From Candidatus Methylomirabilis oxygeniifera (lineage in GTDB: Bacteria; Methylomirabilota; Methylomirabilia; Methylomirabilales; Methylomirabilaceae), in contig FP565575.1 of the NCBI GenBank assembly GCA_000091165.1, positions 30,001 through 62,000 on the forward strand: a DNA stretch of 32,000 bases, given 5' to 3'. The notes under the pieces are model-generated. The model made no database searches and was not told the origin of the DNA. It was given only the letters and a program-made list of their open reading frames with translations. Position 1 is the first letter of the stretch. Every line of letters begins with the position of its first letter. Shown in pieces: positions 1-9,043 of this stretch. The position numbers and the translations under genes are program-made.

Positions 1-89
1 ACATTACGCTGGATGCGTATGCCATGTACAAGCAAGGAAAGAAAATTCCGGAGATCAAGGCGGTAATTGACCGAAAATATGCGAGATGA
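1..89 (+). CDS. C-terminal fragment of a small protein (partial at window edge), possibly a PCYCGC-motif-type protein
   Basis: Frame 3 reads ITLDAYAMYKQGKKIPEIKAVIDRKYAR* with stop at 87-89. The tail resembles the C-terminus of PCYCGC-type secreted proteins, but only 28 residues are visible. Confidence 0.4.
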   Translation, partial: ITLDAYAMYKQGKKIPEIKAVIDRKYAR

Positions 90-101
90 GAGGGGAGAGC
101 T

Positions 102-248
102 ATGGCGATAGATCCCGTGTGCAAGATGACGGTAGACGAAAAACAGGCGGCGGCGACAGCCGTGCATCAGGGGGTGACCTACTATTTTTGCGCCGTAGGC
201 TGCAAGCGCGCCTTCGAACAGTCGCCGGAGAAATACCTGTCGAAATAA
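102..248 (+). CDS. YHS-domain metal-binding small protein (48 aa)
   Basis: ATG at 102 encodes MAIDPVCKMTVDEKQAAATAVHQGVTYYFCAVGCKRAFEQSPEKYLSK*. DPVCKM and YYFC..GCK..F...P.KYL are hallmark YHS residues, and GAGGGGAGAG lies upstream. The supplied 86..277 ORF is a different frame. Confidence 0.85.
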   Translation: MAIDPVCKMTVDEKQAAATAVHQGVTYYFCAVGCKRAFEQSPEKYLSK

Positions 249-286
249 GCGACAGGCCGGAAGTGCGGGAGCGGTAGTGTATTGCC

Positions 287-1453
287 CTACGCCGCCCGGA
301 GGGCGTCGACGATCTTCATGCGCGCGGCGCGCACCGCGGGCAGGAACCCGCCGGCCAGCCCCATTGTGAGCGCGAAGACCAGCGACTTCCCGACGATCTC
401 CGGCGTCAGCGTGAAGCGGAACGCCAGTTCCGAGAACGACTGCCAATTCATCGTCGAGATCTGGACAAGCTGCATCGCCGACGCGCACGCGAGCCCCACT
501 ACCCAGCCGACCAGTCCGAGAAACAGTGCCTCGGCGAGGAACGCCACCAGGATCGAGCCGCGCCGGAACCCGAGGGCGCGCAGCGCGCCGATCTCCGAGG
601 TGCGGGTTGCCACTGCGGCGTACATAGTGATCATCGCGCCGATCATTGCGCCGACCGAGAAGATGACCGAGAGGGTCAGCCCCAGGTAACTGATGAAGTT
701 CGACATGACCTGCGACTGCTCTTCATAAAAGGTGCGCTCGCGCTTAACGTCGAGCGTCAGTCGCGGATCGGAATCGAGCCGCTGCTTCAGCGCGTCGAAC
801 TGCGACGGATCGGCGAGACGCGCCGCGAGTGACGAGAATGCCGACCGTCGGAATGCCTGGATCATCTGTTCACCGTCGCCCCACACCTCCGAGTCGAACG
901 CCGATCCGCCGGCGTCGAAGACGCCCACCACCGTCCACTCGCGGCTGCCGAAACGGAGTCGTTCGCCGATCCCCGTACCCTCGAAGCGCTCGGCGATGCT
1001 TCTGCCTACTGTGATCTCGGTGCTGTCGGGTCGAAACATCCGTCCGAAGACGACCCGGACCTGGGGACGCAGGGCGAGACCTTGCGCGCCGACCCCACGA
1101 ACAGTGACATTGGTCGGTACGCCGGTGCCGCGCTTGGGCTGCGTGATCAGGACGACCACCTCCTTCGACGCCATCCTCGCCCCGTCAGGGCCGATAGCAA
1201 TCTCCGGCTGGCTCTCGATGATCGCCGCTTGCGCGCGGGCGACAGAACTCTGGATTTCGGTGCCGGAAGAGCGGCGGGTCACCAGGATGTTGTTCGGCTG
1301 TCCGGTCGCGATGAGCGTCTGCTTGAGTCCGGCGTCGAGCATCATCACCACCGCGAACACAAAGACGACGAGCGCCATCCCGCCCGCCGTCAGCGCGGTG
1401 GTATACTTCCGAGCCCAGAGGTTGCGTACACTGTATGAGACGGGAATCGGCAT
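287..1453 (-). CDS. ABC transporter permease, FtsX/MacB-like
   Basis: 388-aa ORF: N-terminal TM segment, large extracytoplasmic domain, C-terminal TM bundle with EIGALRALGFRRGSI. Confidence 0.88.
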   Translation of the reverse strand: MPIPVSYSVRNLWARKYTTALTAGGMALVVFVFAVVMMLDAGLKQTLIATGQPNNILVTRRSSGTEIQSSVARAQAAIIESQPEIAIGPDGARMASKEVVVLITQPKRGTGVPTNVTVRGVGAQGLALRPQVRVVFGRMFRPDSTEITVGRSIAERFEGTGIGERLRFGSREWTVVGVFDAGGSAFDSEVWGDGEQMIQAFRRSAFSSLAARLADPSQFDALKQRLDSDPRLTLDVKRERTFYEEQSQVMSNFISYLGLTLSVIFSVGAMIGAMITMYAAVATRTSEIGALRALGFRRGSILVAFLAEALFLGLVGWVVGLACASAMQLVQISTMNWQSFSELAFRFTLTPEIVGKSLVFALTMGLAGGFLPAVRAARMKIVDALRAA

Positions 1454-1469
1454 GGTTCTCGCTCCGCTG

Positions 1470-2627
1470 TCATCCGACGGCGCGCAGCCCCTCGACGATC
1501 TTGACTGTTGCAGCCCGCCGCCCGGGCACGGCCGCCGCGATCATCCCGACGCCGATCGCGCAGACGATCTGCAGGACAACCGTCTCGCCGCTGACTTTAA
1601 AGACCGGGAATATCGTCCCCACCTTCGCGGCGAACCAGTCGGCGACCGGGAACGTGAGCGCGATGCCGGCCGCCGCGCCGATCACGGCGATCGCCACCGA
1701 TTCGCCGACGATAAGCGCTGCGACGTAGCCGGGTGAGAAGCCGAGGACCTTGAGTGTCGCGTACTCGGAGAGCCGCTCGCGGGCGGTCATTGCCATCGTA
1801 TTGGCCATGACCGCCAGGATGATGACGATCACCACGTAGGAGACGATCCTGATGGCGATGACCAGTGCCTCCGTCTGCTTGACGAAGCCGATCTGAAAGG
1901 CGCGCTCGGTTTCGGTCAGCGTCTCGGCCAGTGAGTTCTTGAACAGGACGTCGATCGCGCGGCTCACCTCGGCGACGCGGTCGATGTCGATGACGTCGAC
2001 CAGGTAGACGCCGACATAGTCGGTCTGACGGCCGGCGCGCTTCTTCATCGTCTCGTTGAGGTACTCCCAGTGGAAGAACATCTGCGAGGTATCGGTCTTG
2101 GTGTCGATGCCGTCGTAGACGGCGCGTACCGTAAACTCCCAGGTGCCCTGGTAGATCGTGCCGCGCAGCGGCAGCGCGTCGCCGACCATGAGATGGTAGG
2201 TATCGGCAATCTTGCGGCCGATGACGGCGCCTTTGCGGTCGCGCAGAAAGGCCGTAAACTCCTCCGGCACGACGAGGTATTCGGGGTACATGGCGAAATA
2301 GGTGCGCGGTTCGATGGCGAACTGTGGAAAGAAGTTCTTCGGATCCTGGTAGATGCCGGCGAACCAGGTGGCGTGCGAGACGGCGCGCACGCCGTCGACG
2401 GTGCGGATCTGATCGCGATAGCTGAGCGGCAGATGGAACACGAGTGAGACGGCGTTGCGCGTCACGAGGCGCGTCGGGGCCGCACCTGCCGCGCCCGCGT
2501 ACCAGGCGTCCACGACCGTCTGCAACAGCCCGAACGACAGGATCGCGACCACCAGCCCGAGTAGTGTGAGCAGGGTGCGCAGCCTGTGGCGCAGCGCATT
2601 GCGAAGGACGAGCTTCAGGAACTGCAC
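1470..2627 (-). CDS. ABC transporter permease, FtsX/MacB-like
   Basis: 385-aa ORF with LRNALRHRLRTLLTLLGLVVAILSFGLLQ and ERLSEYATLKVLGFSPGYV motifs; 16 nt upstream of the other permease. Confidence 0.88.
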   Translation of the reverse strand: MQFLKLVLRNALRHRLRTLLTLLGLVVAILSFGLLQTVVDAWYAGAAGAAPTRLVTRNAVSLVFHLPLSYRDQIRTVDGVRAVSHATWFAGIYQDPKNFFPQFAIEPRTYFAMYPEYLVVPEEFTAFLRDRKGAVIGRKIADTYHLMVGDALPLRGTIYQGTWEFTVRAVYDGIDTKTDTSQMFFHWEYLNETMKKRAGRQTDYVGVYLVDVIDIDRVAEVSRAIDVLFKNSLAETLTETERAFQIGFVKQTEALVIAIRIVSYVVIVIILAVMANTMAMTARERLSEYATLKVLGFSPGYVAALIVGESVAIAVIGAAAGIALTFPVADWFAAKVGTIFPVFKVSGETVVLQIVCAIGVGMIAAAVPGRRAATVKIVEGLRAVG

Positions 2628-2634
2628 CGGATGT

Positions 2635-3357
2635 TTACCTCAACGATCGCTCATGGACATCGTCCGCTGTTGACAGCTCCCCTTTATCCAAATACATGAT
2701 GGCGTGGGCCTGGTCGGCGGCGCGACGGTCGTGCGTGACCATCACGATCGTCTTGCCAAGGTCGGTGTTCAGGCGATCCATGAGCGTGAGCACCTCCTCG
2801 GCCGAGTGGCGATCGAGATCGCCGGTCGGCTCGTCGGCCACGATCAGCCGCGGGTCGGCGATGATCGCGCGCGCGATGGCGACACGCTGTTGCTGCCCGC
2901 CGGACAGCTCCGAGGGGTAATGTGCCATGCGATCCGACAGACCGACGAGTTCGAGCGCCGCCTCGACGTGCTCGCGCCGCTCGTGTCGGGTCAGCCGCGT
3001 CAGTGTGAGCGGCAGTTCAACGTTCTCGAAGGCTGTCAGGACCGGGATTAGGTTATAGAACTGAAAGATGAAGCCGACCGTCCCTGCGCGCCAATCTGCA
3101 AGCTCGGCCTCAGACAGGCGGGTGATATCGATACCGTCGAAGAGAATCTCCCCGGTGTCGGGTTTGTCGATGCCGGCGATCAGGTTGAGCAGCGTCGACT
3201 TACCCGATCCCGACGGGCCCATCAGGCCGAGGAAGTCGCCCGTACGCACCTCGAGGGTGATGTCGGTCAGTACCGGCACGATCTGTCCGCCTCGCCGGTA
3301 GGACTTTGCAACGTTGCGGATGTCGATCAGCAGCGGCGGAGCGGCGGTCTCATTCAC
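2635..3357 (-). CDS. ABC transporter ATP-binding protein (MacB/LolD family)
   Basis: Walker A GPSGSGKST, signature LSGGQQQR, Walker B LIVADEPTGDLD, H-loop VTHD. Confidence 0.95.
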   Translation of the reverse strand: MNETAAPPLLIDIRNVAKSYRRGGQIVPVLTDITLEVRTGDFLGLMGPSGSGKSTLLNLIAGIDKPDTGEILFDGIDITRLSEAELADWRAGTVGFIFQFYNLIPVLTAFENVELPLTLTRLTRHERREHVEAALELVGLSDRMAHYPSELSGGQQQRVAIARAIIADPRLIVADEPTGDLDRHSAEEVLTLMDRLNTDLGKTIVMVTHDRRAADQAHAIMYLDKGELSTADDVHERSLR

Positions 3358-3376
3358 GAGCGGTTGCCTCGCGGTA

Positions 3377-4588
3377 TCACTTTCGGTCCGTCTTGACGCG
3401 CGTCCCGTCGCCGACCTTGTCGAGGGGGGTGAGGACGATCTTCTCTCCGGCCTGGATGCCGCTGACCTCGATGAGGTCGCCGAGCGCGCGACCGGTTTCG
3501 ATCTTGGTACGGACGGCCCTGCCGTCTTTCACCATGAGGACGACCTTCTGTCCGTCACGTTCGACAACCGCCTGCCTTGGGACGGCGGTGACCGGCTTCC
3601 GATCGGAGGTGGCCACCTCGCGCTCAAGAAATGCGACCTTGGCGCTCATATCCGGCAATACGCGCTGATCGCGATCCGTGAAGCCGATCTTGACCATTAC
3701 TGTTGCCTTCGCGCGGTCAACGGTCGGTACGATCCGGTTGACCACGCCGGCAAAGCGCGTGTCGGGTACGGCGTCGAGCTGGATCTCGCACGGCTGGCCG
3801 ACCGTGATCCGACCGAGCGAGGATTCGGCTACGTCGGCCTCGACCTCGAGCGTCGACATGTCGGCAATGGTGACGACTGCGCCCTTGGTGTCCATGGCGC
3901 TCGAGAACGGGGTGATGTTGTCGCCAACATTGGCGTTCTTGGTGAGCACCACCCCGTCGAACGGCGCGCGGATCAATGTTTGGTCGAGCGAGACCTCGGC
4001 CGCCTTCAGGTTCGCCCGCGCGACAGCAATGGCGGCCTCGCCTGATCGCGCCGCCGCGCGCGCCTTATCGGCCCGCGCCACCGCGGTGTCGAGCTCTAAT
4101 TGGCTGATATAGTTGTTCTGGAATAGCTCGCGCCAGCGTGCCAGGTTGCGTTCGGCGTCGCGCAGCTCGGCCTGCGCCTGCTCGAAGTTCGCCTCAGCGA
4201 CGGCAACGTTCGCCGCCGCCTGTTCGCGCGCTGCGGCGACGTCGCGACTCTCAAGCCGTGCGATGACCTCGCGTGTCTTGACACGGCTGCCTTCCATGAC
4301 GCCGAGCCATTCAAGGCGTCCCGTTGCCTTCGACGCCACCGCGGCCTTCCGCTGTGCGACGACATAGCCGGTGGCGTTCAGCATGGTCACCGCCTGCGAC
4401 GGATACGCCGTCGTGACCGAAGCGGTTTCCACCGTTACAGGGCCGCCGAAGCCGCCGGAGAGTCCGAGTATCGCTGCAGCGCCTAACAGGGCGAGACCCA
4501 CGGCCCACGGCCATAGCCGTCGGCGCGCGCGCGGCGCACGGGCCGCGGTCCGGTCGATGCTCAGTTTGGAGAGATCGGGATTACTCAC
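3377..4588 (-). CDS. Periplasmic adaptor subunit, HlyD/MacA-type (efflux membrane fusion protein)
   Basis: N-terminal TM, lipoyl/coiled-coil region (AAREQAAANVAVAEANFEQAQAEL), DQTLIRAPFDGVVLTKNANVGD motif. Confidence 0.92.
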   Translation of the reverse strand: MSNPDLSKLSIDRTAARAPRARRRLWPWAVGLALLGAAAILGLSGGFGGPVTVETASVTTAYPSQAVTMLNATGYVVAQRKAAVASKATGRLEWLGVMEGSRVKTREVIARLESRDVAAAREQAAANVAVAEANFEQAQAELRDAERNLARWRELFQNNYISQLELDTAVARADKARAAARSGEAAIAVARANLKAAEVSLDQTLIRAPFDGVVLTKNANVGDNITPFSSAMDTKGAVVTIADMSTLEVEADVAESSLGRITVGQPCEIQLDAVPDTRFAGVVNRIVPTVDRAKATVMVKIGFTDRDQRVLPDMSAKVAFLEREVATSDRKPVTAVPRQAVVERDGQKVVLMVKDGRAVRTKIETGRALGDLIEVSGIQAGEKIVLTPLDKVGDGTRVKTDRK

Positions 4589-4616
4589 GACACACCTCTA
4601 GAGAAGGGCGCACGAG

Positions 4617-5372
4617 TCAGCTTAGGGCAGTTGAGAGTTCCTGGAGCAAAAGTCCAAGCCGCGTACAGACCGCTTTGGTTCGTCGACCCAGGCCGACCAG
4701 GTGGGAAAGGGTGAATGGATGCATGAGCAGGTATCGCGTCAATCGCGGCAGGTCCGGTTCGCCCTCCGCATCGAGAAACTGATCGAAGCCGACCGCGAGG
4801 TCCTCATGGACCGGATCGAGGATGCCGCGGATGGCCAGGAACGGGATCGAACAGGCCGAGGCCGCAGACGCGATGGCGGCGCTCTCCATGTCGACGGCCA
4901 GAGCACCGGACCCAGCCGCCAGGACCCGTTTCTCCTCCATCGTCAGAATGTGGTCGACGGTGAGGATTGGACCGAGGCAGTGCCGACTGTCCCATCGCCG
5001 GATCACGGTCATAGCCGCGTCCTGCAAACCGGGATCGCACGGAAAGCTTTCCAGTCTCGAATCCCTTCTTCCACACAACACCTGTCCTGAGTTTCGCCGA
5101 AGGATCGTCTGGTTTCCCACAATCAGGTCCCCTGCCTCTACATCAGGGCTTAGCCCGCCAGCGATGCCGAGCGATAAGGCGGCAGCAATAGGCGTTTCTT
5201 TAAAGAGGCGATGGGCAGCGGTTTCGGCGTAGTCCGGTCCTACGCCGGTCTTAGCTACCAGCAGATCGCGGCCCTTAACCGTAATCCGGATCATCGAGTC
5301 CGATCTGGACGCAGGTGGGCCGGTTGGCCGTAAAGCTGTCGCGAGGGGCTTCATCTCTGCCCGCGTCGCCAC
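4617..5372 (-). CDS. hpnG: Hopanoid-associated phosphorylase/nucleosidase (HpnG-like)
   Basis: Phosphorylase-like core (KTGVGPDYAETAAHRLF, ALSLGIAGGLSPDVEAGDLIVG, AVDMESAAIASAA, IPFLAIRGILDPV) directly downstream of squalene-hopene cyclase. The listed ORF opens at 5582 but overlaps shc; in-frame GTG at 5372 (VATRAEMKPLATAL) is the more natural start. Confidence 0.82.
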   Translation of the reverse strand: MATRAEMKPLATALRPTGPPASRSDSMIRITVKGRDLLVAKTGVGPDYAETAAHRLFKETPIAAALSLGIAGGLSPDVEAGDLIVGNQTILRRNSGQVLCGRRDSRLESFPCDPGLQDAAMTVIRRWDSRHCLGPILTVDHILTMEEKRVLAAGSGALAVDMESAAIASAASACSIPFLAIRGILDPVHEDLAVGFDQFLDAEGEPDLPRLTRYLLMHPFTLSHLVGLGRRTKAVCTRLGLLLQELSTALS

Positions 5373-5391
5373 GAAGACGGCGAACGGCGCG

Positions 5392-7395
5392 TTACCGACC
5401 GTGCGGGTCCGGGAGGGGTGCGCCGTTGTCATCGTGGCCGGCAGCGGCCTTCTGGAGCAGGGTGCGATAGAGGGAAAGGGCCCAGAGAGGGAAGTAGAGA
5501 CGATAGAGATGATACCGAAGATAGAAGACGCGGGGGAATCCTGTTCCTGTGAATTCTCGTTCCTCCCAATCGCCGTCCGCACCCTGGGTCCGGAGGAGGT
5601 AGTCGATACCTTTTTTCACCGCGGGATGTCGTACGACGCCGGCATGCAACAGTCCCAGGAGCGCCCAGGCGGTTTGCGAAGCGGTGCTTGGTCCCTGACC
5701 GGCTGTCCGTGGGTCCTCGTAGGAATGACACGATTCGCCCCAGCCCCCGTCCGGATTCTGATGGCTGATCAGCCAATCGACAGCTCGCCGGATGTAGGGC
5801 TGATCCATCCGCTCTCCGATAGCTCGAAGCCCGGCCAGTACCGACCAGGTTCCGTAGATGTAGTTGACCCCCCACCGACCGAACCAGCATCCTGTCGCCT
5901 CCTGCTCCCGCTTGAGGAACGCAATACCGCGCTGCGCCGCAGGGGCTGCGTTGCTCCAACCCAGATGGCCAAGCATCTCGAGCATCCGTCCGGTCAAGTC
6001 CGACGTAGGTGGATCGAGCAGCGCCTTGTGGTCCGCGAAGGGGATATCGTTCAGAAACAGCTTGTTGTTATCCTTGTCGTATGAGGCCCAGCCCCCATCG
6101 CTGGATTGCATCGGCAGGACCCACTTGAGCGCCTGCGCGAGCGCTGCGTCTTTGATTGCCTGATCGGGGAGATTGGTCTTGATCAGGGCGGTCATCACTA
6201 CGGCGCTATCGTCGACATCGGGATAGAACTCGTTCTCGAACTGAAAATACCAGCCGCCGGGCTCGGCGTCCGGAGCCTTGACCTTCCAGTCCGCGACCGT
6301 TCGGGTCTGCTTCGAGAGCAGCCATTCGCACGCGGTGATCAGCGCAGGATGATCGGTCGGCAACCCCGATGCAATCAGCGCATTCACCGCCAGACAGGTG
6401 TCCCAGCTAGGGGGGAAACAGGGCTGCACGTGAAGGGTTCGCTCATCTTCTACCTCGAGGGCTTCGATCTGCTTGAAGGCCCTGGCCACTAATGAGTGTT
6501 CGACCTCGTAGCCCAGACAGCGCAACGCGATGACCGAGTTTGCCATGGCCGGATAGATTCCGCCCAGGCCGCCTTCCCCCATGCGGCGCAGCATCCAGGC
6601 CGTGGCCCGCTCCATCGCCAACCGCCGGAAGTAGGATATCGGATGCCACTCATACCAACGAAGCACCCGATCGGCCGCCAGGAAAAGGTTTCGCCTCGCA
6701 AGCGGCTGCGGGTCTCTGGGAAACCAGTAGTCATGCTTTGGCGCGTCCCCCACACGAAGCTCCGCAAGATCGGCGCCGGCGGGGACCGGCGTGATCGGCT
6801 TGTGGGCAAAGATGATCATCAGGGGTGTGAGCACGGTTCTGGACCAGTAGGAGATCGCATGCATATTGAACAACGATCCTTGAGGCAGGAGGAACAGCTC
6901 GATCGGCATGGCCGGGACGCCGCGCCAGTCGAACTGGCCGAAGAGGGCGAGAGTAAATTTGGTGAAGACGTTCGCGCGGAATAGGCCGCCCTGGCGAAGG
7001 ATGACTTCTCGGGCCCGTTGCATGAACGGCTCTGCCTGACTGTGGCCGCATAGTTTCAGCGCGAAATAGGCCTTGACCGTCGTGCTCAAGTGGCTCGGCC
7101 CGCCATAGTAGATATTCCAGCCGCCATCCGGCAGTTGCGTATCGCGCAGGTAGGTTGCCGCCTTGCGCTGCTTTGTTTCGTCTACCTTACCGAGCAGGTA
7201 ACGGAGCATGATGTACTCGGAGGTGAGTGTGGAGTCGGCCTCCAGTTCTGCCGCCCAATAACCTGCGGGATCTTGCATGGCCAGGAGCCGAGACCTGGCC
7301 TGTTCGATCGCCTCGTCAAGCGGGTTACCATCAGCCGGCAGAACAGTGCGTATCATCTCAAGCTGCGAATGTCTTTCAGACGGTACCGACATCAC
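5392..7395 (-). CDS. shc: Squalene-hopene cyclase
   Basis: 667-aa ORF with repeated QW motifs (QDPAGYWAAELEAD, QLPDGGWNIYYGG, QSSDGGWASYDKDN, QNPDGGWGESCHSYED, QGADGDWEER) and an acidic DVDDSA motif. Confidence 0.96.
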   Translation of the reverse strand: MMSVPSERHSQLEMIRTVLPADGNPLDEAIEQARSRLLAMQDPAGYWAAELEADSTLTSEYIMLRYLLGKVDETKQRKAATYLRDTQLPDGGWNIYYGGPSHLSTTVKAYFALKLCGHSQAEPFMQRAREVILRQGGLFRANVFTKFTLALFGQFDWRGVPAMPIELFLLPQGSLFNMHAISYWSRTVLTPLMIIFAHKPITPVPAGADLAELRVGDAPKHDYWFPRDPQPLARRNLFLAADRVLRWYEWHPISYFRRLAMERATAWMLRRMGEGGLGGIYPAMANSVIALRCLGYEVEHSLVARAFKQIEALEVEDERTLHVQPCFPPSWDTCLAVNALIASGLPTDHPALITACEWLLSKQTRTVADWKVKAPDAEPGGWYFQFENEFYPDVDDSAVVMTALIKTNLPDQAIKDAALAQALKWVLPMQSSDGGWASYDKDNNKLFLNDIPFADHKALLDPPTSDLTGRMLEMLGHLGWSNAAPAAQRGIAFLKREQEATGCWFGRWGVNYIYGTWSVLAGLRAIGERMDQPYIRRAVDWLISHQNPDGGWGESCHSYEDPRTAGQGPSTASQTAWALLGLLHAGVVRHPAVKKGIDYLLRTQGADGDWEEREFTGTGFPRVFYLRYHLYRLYFPLWALSLYRTLLQKAAAGHDDNGAPLPDPHGR

Positions 7396-7397
7396 GC

Positions 7398-8398
7398 CTA
7401 CTCCAAAAAGTTCCAGACGGCCATCCTGAGCATGTCCTTTGGGCTATTTCGGAGCCCGAGGACCACTGAGGCTTCGAAGCCGGAGTGCATCTTGCAATTG
7501 TGGCAGCGCGGGTCCTGGCGGGACTCCCAGTAGTCCCAATCCACACTTTGCCAGAACTCCTCCCACGTCCGATAATACTTCTCCCCAATGAGGTAGCACG
7601 GCCCCCTCCAACCTTGAGGGGTATAGGTGACGGTGCTCCACGGGGAGCAGGGGTACTCGCGCAGGCCGGCCGCAAATTCGAGAAACATCGGGGTAGATGT
7701 CAGTCGATATCCCTTTGACAGCTCGAGCACCCTTTGGAACTTGTGGTGAATCTCCTCGCGAACCAGGAAGAAATCGGATTCGACCGAAACATACTGATAG
7801 CCCGGCGAGAGAAGCATCCCGTCCACCCGATACTCTTGCAGCAGGCGGCACAACGCCTCAACCTCGTCCATGTCGGTCTCTTTGAAGATGGTGTATTTGT
7901 TGTGATGCGATAACCCAACCGCTTGCCTTCCTTGATCATTTCGAGTGCTTTATCGAAGACACCTTCCCTGTCGCAGACCTGGTCGTGCGTCCGCTTCAGC
8001 CCGTCCAGGTGGATGTTGATCGTCAGCCGGTTGTGCGGCGTGATCTGGCCGTAGACGGTTCGATCAAGCATCAACCCGTTCGTGCACAGGTAGATGTGCC
8101 GCTTGCGGGCGATAATTCCCTCCACCAGCTCTTTCAGTTCCGGATAGATCGTGGGCTCTCCACCGCAGAGTGAGACGACCGGGGCGCCCGAGTCATCCGC
8201 CGCCTTCAGACACTCCTCCAGCGTCAATCGGTCCTCGATTCGCCCGGTGTGTCGTTCGACAGAGCACCCCAGACAGGCCAGGTTACACGTATAGAGCGGT
8301 TCGAGCATAAGGACGAACGGATACCGTGTGTTGCCTTTGAGTCCCTGGCGGATCTGGTGCTTCACCATGTCGGTCGTGATGTGCAGCGGAAATCTCAT
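7398..8398 (-). pseudogene. hpnH: Hopanoid biosynthesis radical SAM protein HpnH, split by a frameshift in this sequence
   Basis: ORF 7700..8398 gives the N-terminal half with CNLACLGCSVE and CGGEPTIYPEL. ORF 7398..7871 gives the C-terminal half with DGMLLSPGYQY and DPRCHNCKMHSGFEASVV. They join at about 7887-7894 if one base is restored. Pseudogene versus sequencing error is unresolved. Confidence 0.85.
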
Positions 8399-8601
8399 GC
8401 CGGTACTCCACGACCGACAAAACTATACGCTACCCCCCACTGCCGGTAGCGTGCGAAGACCATCCAGGCGATCCCTGTGAACAGGGCGGTCCACCGCCAT
8501 CTGATAGCGACAGCCGCCGCCATCAGAGAGAATGCTAGAAATGCAAGAACATAGGATCGCAGGAAAACCGTTAAAACAAGGAGTTGGATCGCTTCCGCCA
8601 T
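8395..8601 (-). CDS. Small hydrophobic membrane protein (68 aa), unknown function
   Basis: MAEAIQLLVLTVFLRSYVLAFLAFSLMAAAVAIRWRWTALFTGIAWMVFARYRQ...; RBS-like GAGGGAG before the start; 4-nt overlap with the hpnH start. Confidence 0.6.
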   Translation of the reverse strand: MAEAIQLLVLTVFLRSYVLAFLAFSLMAAAVAIRWRWTALFTGIAWMVFARYRQWGVAYSFVGRGVPA

Positions 8602-8900
8602 TCAGCTCCCTCGCAGTAATCGACTAAATGTCGTCCCGAATCCTGCGTGAACAGTTATAGTATCAGCGGTGGGTCAGCGAGTCAGGGACGAGGTCGAAAC
8701 CCAGCCTTCGGGGTTCTCCGGCCATTGGAATGGATACTACCCCAAAGGGTAGGGTGCATTCCAAGCCGCAGACCTACCGTATTGTGGCAATATAGGCCAC
8801 TGAGTTTGATCAGCCATTGGCCGTTCACGCGGGAACAAAATATATATCACGTCTGACCGGGTGCTGGCAATCCAAAAAGAACACGAAAATGGAAAACGGG

Positions 8901-9029
8901 ACGGAAAATGGGGACAGATACTATCACCTCACCATCTCCGCCGCCTCACTGGTGCTTCCTGGTGCCGGCCCATCGCTCGACATCCGCGCCAAGCCGTCTC
9001 TTAGATAAGAGTGTCTGTCCCCATTTTCC
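8901..9029. repeat. REP-like inverted repeat pair between operons
   Basis: 16-nt perfect inverted repeat: GGAAAATGGGGACAGA at 8901..8916 and TCTGTCCCCATTTTCC at 9014..9029, about 97 nt apart. Confidence 0.75.
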
Positions 9030-9043
9030 TGTATGGGGGCAGA

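Noticed and set aside
732-1736. 334-aa plus-strand ORF
   Set aside because: Antisense to two recognisable ABC permeases; Ser/Arg/Thr-rich composition typical of a shadow frame.
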